From Octopus bimaculoides (Eukaryota), in contig NC_068990.1 in NCBI RefSeq assembly GCF_001194135.2, forward strand, positions 8,829,676 through 8,877,069: a DNA stretch of 47,394 bases. Reading direction: 5' to 3'. Position 1 is the stretch's first letter. Each line of letters begins with the position of its first letter. Positions 23,750 through 34,997 of the stretch are shown one piece after another. Below the pieces are notes generated by a model, which was given only the letters and a program-made list of their open reading frames with translations, was not told the DNA's origin and did no database searches. The position numbers and the translations under genes are program-made.

Positions 23750-23829
23750 AATTACGGCCGTTTCTAACGAAATTTTTAATAGATAAATGTGTACAGTATA
23801 TCATTATAATAAACTGTTTTCTTCAGATT
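23750..23829 (-). ncRNA. Degenerate PLE-type hammerhead motif
   Basis: Minus strand AAT-CTGAAGA-(weak stem II, about 55 nt)-GAAAC-GGCC-GTA-ATT, with a palindromic stem III. Confidence 0.5.
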
Positions 23830-23879
23830 TACGCGAAGTGAAGAAAAAAAAGCATTCACAAGGAGAATTTAAACTAATT

Positions 23880-25580
23880 CACGCGGAAAATTAGATACCT
23901 CCACAAAAAAGAAGCAAAAACCTTGTTTCTTTTACGAAAATCGTAAAATATGGAAGACTTGTTAGCTGGGATACTTGAGTTGCAAAAACAGCAACAACAA
24001 CAAATCAAGGAACAACGAGAACAATCACAAGAATTGCAGCATCAAATGTTACAACTAATGAAGCTGATAACCAAGAATGCATTTTCACCTGGCCATATGG
24101 TAAATTCTCTAAGCGAAGTCAAATATAACCCCGAAGAAGGAGTAACTTTTGAGGCTTACTCTCGAAGATTTCAACAATTTTTTTTTTTAAAGAATGTCAG
24201 GATTGGACGGGCGATATGAAAACGCGTCTAGTGTTAAGGAAACTAAGGACAGGAGAGCAGGAGGAGTTCATATTGCCAAAAAAGCGACCGACATAAATTT
24301 CACTGATGCAGTTGACATTTCGTGCGTTTGTAATGTAATGTTCAAATGTTGAACCAAAAGTGAATATTTATGTATTGAAAAATCCATGAATTTATTTGGC
24401 ACCGAATGTATGGAGAAATTTAATTTATTGGATACACCCACAAGCGCTTTGTGCAATAGCGTAAACGGTCAAACGAGGTCGATGAACTGAAACAAAAAAA
24501 AATGAGATGTAGAACATCGTGTAGAACATCAGTAATTTTGGAAGAAATAAAAAGAAATGCGAGAAATGACAAATTTATTAATGAAACAAAAAGAAAACTG
24601 TGGTCGACAAAATGAAATAAAGAAAGGTCTGATGCAAAGAGCCGCTACATGTGATGGTGTACTAACGTTTGCTCAGAGGGTGATTATACCACAGACATCC
24701 AAAAAAGAATGCTAAAAGATTTTCATGTGAGACACCCAGGCATCTCTAGAATGAAAGCGCTGATGCGAAGTTTCGAATACTGGCCAAGCATGGACAAGGG
24801 AGTGGAAAAGCTGGTAAAAGGCTGCAGAGGATGTGCGCTGGTAGCAAAACTATCTACTAAAAAATGTGAACCTTGCCAGAAGTCAAAGTACCATGGTCCC
24901 GATTGCATATTGATTTTGCAGGCCCGGTAAATGGATATTATTACTTAATAGTAGCGGACAGCTACACAAAATGACCTGAGGTCGCGAGGTGTAAATGACC
25001 AACTTCACACACGGTAATAAACTTCTTACACGAGCTATTTGCAAGATTTGGTGTACCGGATATAATTGTCTCTGATAACGTAACACAGTTTGTATCCTAT
25101 AGCTTTAAAAAATTCTGTGAGATGCTCGCGTTAGAACTTAAATTATAGCACCGTATCACCCTAGATCGAATAGAAGGGCCGAATGGTTCGCGGACACTTT
25201 AAAGAGAGCTTTAACGAAAGTTAGTAAAGAAGCCACGGACAAGGTTGCAATCCAATCATTCTTAAGGGTATACAGAGTAAGTCCGAACCCAAATGCACCA
25301 GAAGGAAATTTACCAGCAGAATTAATGTTTGCCAGAAAGGTGAAGTCATCAGTATTCGATAAACTGTTACCAGTGAAGAAAAAAACACGTACTAGTAAAG
25401 ACATGCCAAAATTCTTTAGAATCGGTGATAAGGTATATGTAAGAATGTACAAAAATGGCAAACAATACAGGGAAGGAAAAATTGTAACAGGCTTAGAAAG
25501 AATGATGCATGGTGTAAGAAGCAGAAATGGAATGGAAAGGAGACATAGAAGCAGCTTAAGGAAAATGTCCACTTAATGGG
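23880..25580 (+). mobile_element. Ty3/Gypsy (K02A2.6-like) LTR retrotransposon, decayed, with RT and RNase H deleted
   Basis: gag: KYNPEEGVTFEAY.RRF. Protease tail: MNLFGTECMEKFNLLD. Integrase zinc finger: CDGVLTFAQRVIIP..FHVRHPGISRMKALMRSFEYWP...VKGCRGC. Integrase core: LHIDFAGP, RFGVPDIIVSDN, APYHPRSN, PAELMFARK, FRIGDKVYVR. Confidence 0.9.
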
Positions 25581-26341
25581 AACTGTCAACGGAAAATCGT
25601 AATTTATCGTTTTTTATGTACCTATCCATAATACAAATAGGCGATATATGGGTTCAGCCTCAAACTACTTCAAAATTAGTTAATCTATGCACAAGTACTT
25701 TACCTCCAATTTAAAATAAAAGTATTCATCACTAGCTGAGTACATATGTAGCTTGAAATCTAAATCTATTGATTTTAAATTCGAATGGAAAATCAACAAT
25801 TCAACAAGTGCATATCAAGATGAAAGATTCGAATACCACTTGTTCACATGTGAAGCACTGGAAATTTTATTGGCAGATAAGAATTTATTAAGCAAAAGAA
25901 TGAAATATTAATTAGCTGTAACTACAAAGTTTCAAGACACTTTATGTGTCGCATAATTAGAAATCTGATTAACAGCTAAGTATTTCACTTTCACCTACTT
26001 TAATAGACACTGTTCTCATAATGAAAAACTCGAAGGTAGTGCACTGAGTAACAAATCTTAATGTTGTATTCCTATGATTAGTCTAATTGCGACACACATT
26101 TAGCATTTAATAGATTTCGTTCCATGTATTACATCCAAGGAATGAGATTTTACGAAGAAATGATTTGTTGACTTGATTATATAAATATCTTATCTTGTTA
26201 AGATCTTCTACATTGTACCTCAAAGCTCCTAAATTTTAATGCACAGTCTTTAATTACTAGCAAAAACAAAACATTTATTTGTTGGTCTGTAATTTATATA
26301 GCTTATTACCTTCAAGGATCTCTGCGTTTTTGCAAGTGTGT

Positions 26342-26374
<33 letters not shown>

Positions 26375-26658
26375 TACACATACACACAAACACACACACA
26401 CACATACACACACACATACACACAAACACACACACACATACACATACACACAAACACACACACACACACACATACACACACGCACATATATATGCATATG
26501 TGTGTATACTCATAGATGTATGTATTCATTGATAAATATCGCTATGCATGTATATATGAACGCGTATGTGTGTGTGTGTATGCATGTATGTATGCATGCA
26601 TGTAGGTAGGTAGGTAGGTAGGTAGGTAGGTAGGTAGGTAGGTAGGTAGGTAGGTAGG
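26342..26658. repeat. Degenerate (CA)n plus (TAGG)n microsatellites
   Basis: Direct reading. Confidence 0.9.
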
Positions 26659-27192
26659 CTTATAAGTGTAATTTTATGAAGGGTCATAAAAAATACCATG
26701 GTTAGCAGTTTGTTAGTATGGGTAGATATTCGTGAGTTTATATGCGTGTGTATACGCTTATGTGTATATATAACTTTTGATCGAAAAGTGTCTGCAGCGG
26801 TATATATTTATTCTGTTGTGTGTATAAATGTATGTGTGTGTGTCTGCGTGTGTGTGTGTGCGTGTGTGCGTGAGTGTGTGTGTGTGCTTGCATGTAAATG
26901 TCTATTTATACATAAACTCAGATAGACAAGCAAACACATAAGTATGTACATTTCTGATTGCTCATATGCAAATATATCTGTGTACGAGAACTGTTTATCT
27001 ACTTCTATACAAATGGATACGTATTTTTTCTCTAAATGTGTATAGAGCTGTGTGCATACATATGTATGCATACGTTTATGCATATATTTTACGGAGATAT
27101 TAGTGTGTATGAGCCACGCGCACATATATTTGTAGATATAGATATATCTGTATGTGTGCGTATGCATGTGTGTGTGTGTCTGTACGTATGCA

Positions 27193-27199
<7 letters not shown>

Positions 27200-27272
<73 letters not shown>
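27200..27272. repeat. (TC)n microsatellite
   Basis: Direct reading. Confidence 0.97.
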
Positions 27273-27275
<3 letters not shown>

Positions 27276-27811
27276 CTGTATGCGTGTATCCGTACATGTG
27301 TAACTTGATCTCGGTGCATTATAAAACTATGTTCGTTTGTGCTTGTTTCTACGGAGAATTCTTCACAGATTATGTGCATCTGTTAGTCCATAATAGTCTG
27401 GAGAAACCATTCATGTATGCATACAAACATACACATATACGCATGCATACACACAGTCACATCCACTCACACACACACCCGCATGTTTTATAAGTGGCTC
27501 GAAATATGCCTGTACCACGATGTTTCTATGTATAAGAACGCATTTTTTTGTATTATCAGTATATCTATATATATAAATTACATTTACTGCAATCCTGGCA
27601 CGTTATCCCAAATGCATTTAGACAGTCGCAAACATCCGTCTAGTAAGGCCATCAGTGTCTGATTAATATCTCACTTGTCAACGAGCAAGCAGCTTTGCGA
27701 CCAATAACTTCGATTTTCATATCTCAATGCTACAGACATAGTGTCTGCAATTTATTACATGATTCCATCATTGTTTCGTGTGTGTATGTGTGTGTGTGTG
27801 TGTGTATGTGT

Positions 27812-27863
<52 letters not shown>

Positions 27864-27980
27864 GTGTGTATTGTATGTATGTATGTATGTATGTATATGG
27901 ATGTATGTATATCGTCTGTAAATCATAAATCTGAAAGAGAAGCACTCTCTAAGTTATAGGACAGTAGAATAGTTAAAGAA

Positions 27981-28880
27981 TGTTAGTTATGGCCGGTTCA
28001 CAGGGTCACCCGGGGTTTCAGATCCATAAAGCGCATAGCTTTACACATGTTTCTTCTGGCCCTAATTGCCGGTGGCTTATAACCTGTCTTCGAACTGGAG
28101 GGAAACAAGGCCTCGTGGCTAGTTTTCGAACACACAGAGTAGAAAGGTCAAATGTAAGGGATTGTCTCCCTAAGACCACTATCCGGAATCCACCAACTCA
28201 GGTTGCGGGAGCCAGGATTTCAGTAGTAATCGCCTGAAGTGTAAGCAAAGTCCAAAGTTTTCTGTCCAGGAATTTAGGATGTTCTTTTATATTCTCGCCC
28301 GTTCCGCAATGAATTTGCTCCTGTCAATGCAGGGTCCTGGTTTTACTAGAATTCTTCATGTGATTTACATTTGGAGTCCCCTTGTCCTTCAGACGTCACA
28401 CGTGGCTGGCCAACAATGTGGCATAACGTCTTACCGCGATCCTACACGAGGATACGAGGATTTGTGGTCGGAGAGGCACTGATTGAATGTTTTTTTCGGA
28501 ACATTCGATGTATTTCCGAATGCTGCTGTTGGCGTTGCCGTTTCTGCTGTTGTTGCTAACGCTGCTACTTCTGTTGCTGGTGGTGCTGGTGTTGGCGTCG
28601 TTAATGTTCCAGAAATACTTACAAGTAGCGCCTCTGCAACCACAAATCCACGTTTAGTATCTCGGAAGGATGTTATGCCACCTCCTTGGCAGCCATGTGT
28701 GACGCATGAAGGACGAAGGTACTCCACAGCTCAAGGTTGGTGACATGTCGTTGATAGAAGTGAGATTAATATTCCAGTAACACCAGATGCGTTAAAAGGG
28801 AGAATTTTGGGGACTGCGTTGTTGATAGGAAGCTGGTGGAACCTTGCTATGTGGCCGATCTTTGAAGAGACTTACGAGCA
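27981..28880. other. Unclassified GC-richer block containing an internal inverted repeat
   Basis: Complex sequence that is less AT-rich than its flanks. Arms 28384-28480 and 28627-28714 are reverse complements, roughly 80% identical by eye. Confidence 0.5.
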
Positions 28881-29604
28881 AAGGTATGGGGGTGTATACC
28901 ATGTGTATGAGTGCATATATGTGGGTGCCGAACACCTATGATCGTATATCTGCTCTGTAAGGAGTGGGGTGCACTTGAGTGTAAGCTAGCGTGTGGGTAA
29001 GCTAGAGTGTAACCTCTGAGTGTAAGCTAGAGTCGATGACATCAGCTCGTTGGTGCGTATGTGCGTGCTTGCATGGGTGTGTGTACCCATGAGTGCGGGT
29101 ACATATCAGCCATGGGAGTACACGCATGCGTAGATATGTGTATCAGTTGTATGCATGTGTGCATGTGTGAGTGTGCGTGTGTGTGTACGTGTGTATGTAT
29201 GCAAATACGTGTGCGCTAGTGCCTGCTAGATACCCCTGTGTACGTGTACGTGTTTAAGATGTATATATAAGTATATATAAGTGCTTTGTATGGACGATTG
29301 GTGAATGAGAGTATGTACATTCCTGTCTTTATATGTATACGTTTGAATATTTGCTTGTTTGGAAGAACGTGTATGTGTGCGTGCATGTGATTTCATCCGG
29401 TGTGCGCGCGTGTGCGTATACATATATAAGCATGCTTTTGGTATTTGTGCATAAGAGCATGGCGCAAGCATGCACGTATTCGCTCACACACGTACACAAC
29501 ACCATGTCACTCGCCTCGGTCAATGGCAGCGCAGTTTGCGGTAGCCATATTGAACTTCCAGCATCGTTTCCTTTCGGTTAACTATGTCCGACAATCTAGG
29601 TTTC

Positions 29605-29607
<3 letters not shown>

Positions 29608-29690
<83 letters not shown>
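29608..29690. repeat. (GA)n microsatellite
   Basis: Direct reading. Confidence 0.97.
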
Positions 29691-29691
<1 letters not shown>

Positions 29692-29696
<5 letters not shown>

Positions 29697-30120
29697 AGCT
29701 AATAAACCGGCTATAGTCGTCAGAGATCGTCAAGCAAAGACTGCTTCCTTATCGATGTATCAATTCTAACAGATAACAATCTATCTCTAAAAGAAACAGA
29801 GACACTCACAAAATACAAAGAGCTGGAAATAGAGATAACACGAATGTGGAGCCTTAAAAGAGAAACAATCTCTATAATAATAGGTGCCTTAGGTATGATT
29901 TTAAAAAATACAGACAAATACATAACCAAAACACCAGAACTTACGAATATATATAACATACAGAAAAAAGCGCTACTAGGCACCACATACATCCTACATA
30001 AAGCGCTTTCAGTACAGTGACAGTAACAACACCAAGACAGACCACAGTACATACCCAAGGCACACAGAGGTTCACTCGGCAGTGCAGTGATAGCACGTGA
30101 TAAATATAAGACTACTGACT
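29692..30120 (+). mobile_element. 5'-truncated R4/Dong-like LINE (RLE domain and 3' UTR)
   Basis: KANKPAIVVRD (~NKPDIV), then after a frameshift IDVSILTDNNLSLKETETLTKYKELEIEITRMW...IIIGALG...QKKALLGTTYILHKALSVQ* with the stop at 30018-30020. A (TAA)/(CAA) tail follows at 30121-30298. Confidence 0.9.
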
Positions 30121-30147
30121 AATGATATTAATAATGATAATAATAAT

Positions 30148-30218
<71 letters not shown>

Positions 30219-30237
30219 CAACAACAACAACAACAAC

Positions 30238-30298
<61 letters not shown>
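30121..30298. repeat. (TAA)/(CAA) compound tail
   Basis: Direct reading. Confidence 0.95.
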
Positions 30299-30299
<1 letters not shown>

Positions 30300-30379
30300 G
30301 CCATCTCAAGAAACTGGAGTATATATATATACAAAAAAATAATATTTTAATAACATATACATTCATATTCATACAAGAC

Positions 30380-30467
<88 letters not shown>

Positions 30468-30664
30468 GTATTTATATTATCTTAGTTGAGAAACTTCGAT
30501 AAGGTAGATATGTTAATAGTTACCAGGGCAGCAAAATTCACAAAGAAACTGGGATATTATACCTGGTTAAGAGGTAGAAATTCCATGTTAAAGTGATGTA
30601 TTTTGAGTTGATATAATAAAGAATAAATGGAACAAAACGCATATAATAAATAAGTTCCTTTAAT

Positions 30665-30748
30665 TCCGACACATGTTTCGAAAATTACATGCCCTCTATT
30701 TTAAAGGAATAAAAGATATTATTATACATGTCATTTTCTCTTCAGGGA
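30665..30748 (-). ncRNA. Type-I hammerhead ribozyme motif (PLE-type) with an intact core
   Basis: Minus strand TCC-CTGAAGA-GAAAATGACATG-(35 nt loop)-CATGTAATTTTC-GAAAC-ATGT-GTC-GGA: 3 bp stem I, 12 bp stem II with one mismatch, G10.1-C11.1 pair and a GUC triplet. Confidence 0.75.
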
Positions 30749-32357
30749 TCCATTCTTTAAATGCAAGACATTCCGCCTTCAAAAATTATACGGGTATTTT
30801 TTAAAAATTCATTCAATAAATTATGTTTTACATTACCTATACACTAATAGAATAAACTAACGGTTTTCCAAACTGTGAATTGAAACTTAAAAGGGTAAGG
30901 GAGAGACTTTGCAAATGAAAATGGAATACTCCGCAGTGAATGCAATAAATATTTAAATCTGTGAAGAATTGGAGGCCATGAATGCAATATATATTTAAAT
31001 TTGCGAGAAATTAGAGTTTAAAAAATTCAATAAAATTGAGAAGTCGAAATTAAACGAAATTTCTTAAAACATGACTTTATAAAAATATTTCCAGACGGTC
31101 AACCCTTTAACAATTGCCTTCTTTTAGTACTTTTAGCAATTGTCACATACCTCATTAATAAGGAACTTTCTCTATTATAGTATAAATTATTCTACCTAGA
31201 TCAGTGTCTTTGATATATTTTAGAAATATTTTATAAACCCATTTCCAAAGGTATCTTTATCTTTATTTCATATTTTTTTCAATTAGTATTTGATGCACAT
31301 ATTTTAATTATTTTATATAGTATCATGATAACAACATATCTAAGAATACTTTTCGATATACCAATATGATTTATAATCCTTATTTCATGTTATCTTATTT
31401 CGATATATCTTTATTTTTATATCTGTTAAGTATTGGCCACCCTTATCATGTACGTGTGTGTGTGTGTGTATGCATGTATGTATGTATGCATGTATGTATG
31501 TTTGCATGTATGTATGTATGTGTGTACATATGTAATTAATGGGAACGATATGACATAAGAAAATTATCTTCTCACCTATTATGTAACTAAGATATTTTGC
31601 GTGCCAGACACAGAGATACTACTAGGTCTTTCGACCTAGAAGAGATAGCTGAACCTCTCTTAAAGCACACCTTACCGCTTTAGTAAAAGAAAGGCACATT
31701 ACTCAATGTATTCGTTGCCAGACGTGCATAAATATGAAATGATCACGAATAGAACAAATTTGAAGATATGTTTGACCAATCAGAGATGATTTGGGCTTAA
31801 CTAACAAGAAGCAATATTATCGAAATATACATTTGAAGACAATTCCTTTTACTTATATAACTCATAAGGACGGTATAAGAATTTCGCAGTACCTTCGCTA
31901 CACTGCTATATAATCGATAAATTTTGCTTTAATAGGAACTTAACATGAGCAATGCGATTTACATAAATATAATTTATTACAGTTTCTCCCGAAATAAGTA
32001 CATGGTCTTCTAGCTAAGAAAATCAATCAACAAAATCAAACATCCGTAGATTGTAACCAGTACTAGTAGCCAGTTTGAAAAGTAGTTCCATGATTTCGTT
32101 AATTCTCTTTATCTCGTCTGTCTCTCAAACAGTTTATCACTTTTAATTAACTTTAATTAACAATTTACTAAACTGTTTGTCAGTTTTAATTAACTAAAAT
32201 ACAATACAATTAGCCGTAGCTGTGTAATGTTTGGGGTAAGACACAGGATATAAGAAGAGTGTTTTAATTAGAAACTGAACACACTCTCTTCTTCAATCAT
32301 CCGTTTTCCTTTTTAAATAAACTCAATTATGCTCTATCCTTTTCTCTGTCTCTCTTC

Positions 32358-32397
<40 letters not shown>

Positions 32398-32434
32398 GTA
32401 TGCATACATACATATATATATACATACATACATA

Positions 32435-32467
32435 GACAGACAGACAGAGAGAGACAGACAGAGAGAC

Positions 32468-32543
<76 letters not shown>
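32435..32543. repeat. (GACA)(GATA)n microsatellite
   Basis: Direct reading. Confidence 0.95.
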
Positions 32544-32544
<1 letters not shown>

Positions 32545-32688
32545 CGCACACAAATATGTGCCCGCATATGGGCATAAAGTATAAAATTCAAAAACTTATT
32601 TCCACATGTTGTCCCCTTCTTTGACATTTCGTTTGTATGTATGTTTTCATGTATGTTTGTATATATAAATATGTATACTTCACGTTTA

Positions 32689-32770
32689 AGGTTCTGATGA
32701 AACTATAAACTTTTACTCAGACATTCAAAGATGAGTTCACCGCATCTTATAGTGGAAACAGCTGTAAGCT
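32689..32770 (+). ncRNA. PLE-type hammerhead motif, slightly degenerate
   Basis: GGTT-CTGATGA-A-ACTATAA-(loop)-TTATAGT-G-GAAAC-AGCT-GTA-AGCT: 7 bp stem II with an A.G at the closing position and a palindromic AGCT stem III. Confidence 0.6.
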
Positions 32771-32909
32771 GATGAAGTTCATTATCGTTTATTTCTTTGT
32801 CACCTCTTATATAAATATTTATTTAGATAGATATGTATATGCGCGCGCGCGCATGTGTGTACGTGTGTTTATGCATGTATGTATGTACACAGACATGAAA
32901 GAAGTAAAC

Positions 32910-34085
32910 AGACACCCTTATAATCATTAAAATTTATTTAAATCTGAAATTATACATTCAAATTATTTGTTAGTTGTTATAATATGAACATTTAATATTT
33001 AGTAGACATGCTCTTTGCATTTTTCAATGTAAGGGCCCTATTAGACATGTTACTGATCAGATGGTGAATATTCTCTTGCAGAATGTCTTGCTAAGTTTCA
33101 TGCAATAATCTCAAAAGATCTGGCTTTGAAGATGCTTTCTTGTTCTGTTTATGAAATGTCCTATCCATTATGCCCCAGAGGTGTTCTATAGCATTCATAT
33201 CTGGTGACTAGCTTGGCTATAGAAGCTTTCTAATACTATTCTTTTCCAACAAATCTTGGGTCATTTTAACCGTGTGACAAAGAATCCCATCTTCCATAAA
33301 TTGAGAAGTTTAGAAGGAGTCCTTTCTGCAATATGGAGACATATTTATTTGAGTTTATCTTTCCCACACACTCCACCAGCTCTGTTCAACCATTGCTCCA
33401 AATTTTTTTCCAGACCATCACAGAATAGCTGCTGTGTTTCACTGCTGGTTGCAATCTTTTTTGCATCAAATTCTTGATCACACAGTCTCCAGACCCACAC
33501 TCGACCACTGTTAGGAAATACAGTAAATCTGGACTCATCAGAGAATATAACAGTGTCCCAAAATGCTAATGGCCTCTCCACCATCTCACTTTTCTCCTCT
33601 TCATATTGGTTGGTCAAAGATGTGGCTTCCGTCTTCCTGCTCTGCCATAGTAACCAAGTTTGTGGGGATACCTGACAGCTGTTGTGGGACTGATATCAAC
33701 TTGCTCTGCTACGTCAGAAGTCTTGTAACGGGGATTATCCTCCACACTTCTCTTAGCAAAGAGAAGGGTCCTGTCAGAGGGCCATGGTTGATCTGGATAA
33801 GGTGATGTGGACTCCTTCCCCTCTCTGGTGAATTGAACAATCACTCTATCAACTGTAGAAAGCAGGATCCCAAGGTTTCTTGCGATTTTATGCTGACTAT
33901 ATCCACATTCAGAATGACCCACAATACGGCCTTTTTGAAATTCAGACAGTTCCAAGGCTTCTTTTGTACATGGCATGATTAAACAGTCACATATAGAATC
34001 TGAAACATGAAAATGTCAATTAATAAGAAATATAAATTCTTACAAATTAGAATAAACGGAAAACTATGTTTAATGGGATGTCTAT
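32910..34085 (-). mobile_element. Tc1-like DD34E transposon; pseudo-transposase at 32992-33976
   Basis: [12 protein letters not shown]...[14 protein letters not shown] (HTH), [21 protein letters not shown] (D1), FMEDG.LCH (D2) and 34 residues to the E of SPDMNAIEHLW, ending STKY*. It has stops and frameshifts. Termini are only weakly inverted (CAGACACCCTT vs TAGACATCCCATT). Confidence 0.9.
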
Positions 34086-34099
34086 TTACTTATAACATG

Positions 34100-34175
34100 T
34101 GTGTATGTATGTATGTATGTATGTATGTATGTATGTATGTATGTATGTATGTATGCATGTGTGTATGTATGTATA
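34100..34175. repeat. (TATG)n microsatellite
   Basis: Direct reading. Confidence 0.95.
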
Positions 34176-34329
34176 TACAGAATGCGAGAGATGTTTTATG
34201 GCATCTGATAATTTCTTTAAATAACTCTAATCTAGTAAAAAAAAAAAAACAAATGTATTTTAATACAATTTGTGTACATGTTATCGATAATCTTTCTTAT
34301 TAGATTATATTATGGATCTGCCTTTAGCT

Positions 34330-34910
34330 TGGATCTGCCATTATTCATTTCGAGCATCATCTAGATAATGGAGACCTTGAGTGCTGCTATGATATTGGGA
34401 AAATGTCGAATGGTCTCCCTTTCAACAACGTTCCTGTAATATTAAGCCATGGAATTTAAATCTGGGGATTTCAGAGGCCACACGTTTAGCGTCACATGAT
34501 ACTGAACATTGTCTGACATCAATTCTTGTGTTATGTGGGCCTTGTGTGAAGGTTCTGAGTGCTACTGAAATACATATGTCCTTCCACTACGTACATCATT
34601 TATCCAGGGCTTAACAATTGTTTCCTGTTCCACAACATATCCAACAGCATTAATTCTAGAATACCGTAGAAAGATATGAGGCGGCATGAAATAACTTTCG
34701 TTACTCACATTTCCTAAAGCCGTCACAGTGCGTCACTCTGGGAACTTCAGAAAGATCTGCACATAACCATCTGCCAATCCTTCTGTTAGACTTTTGATCT
34801 TGACTGAAGTATTTTTTCTGATGAGAGGGTTTAGTAATAGCATGGCAAGGGTCAAACAGGTTCCCTATGTTTTTGCAGACATGAACTGACCTCTTCTTAG
34901 TACATACGAT
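34330..34910 (-). mobile_element. DD37D (maT/mori-type) transposase remnant
   Basis: YVLRRGQFMSAKT, KYFSQDQKSNRRIGRWLC, VSNESYFMPPHIF, ETIVKPWI, YVFQ*HSEPSH (~QQDSAPSH), WPLKSPDLNSMA*YY (~WPPNSPDLNPLDYY). There are 37 residues between the inferred D2 and D3 positions. Confidence 0.85.
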
Positions 34911-34934
34911 ACGTAGCGAATGACCTCGTACATA

Positions 34935-34997
34935 ATTAATTGAACCTCCTGCATTTTCTTTTACCCAAAGCCAGGAAACTTTTCAGCACCCCTCCAT
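34935..34997 (-). mobile_element. Terminal fragment of a mariner-like element
   Basis: Minus strand GAGGGGTGCTGAAAAGTTTCCTGGCT resembles the mariner TIR pattern ACGAGGG.TG.TGAAAAGT. No partner end was found. Confidence 0.5.

Noticed and set aside
25580-25700. 3' LTR of the Gypsy element
   Set aside because: No sequence matching the region upstream of gag, and no clear PPT or TSD.
28037-28100. Fifth hammerhead (GAAAC-ATGT-GTA on the minus strand)
   Set aside because: The core reads TCGAAGA with two substitutions and stems I and II do not pair; kept only as a note in the 28384 finding.
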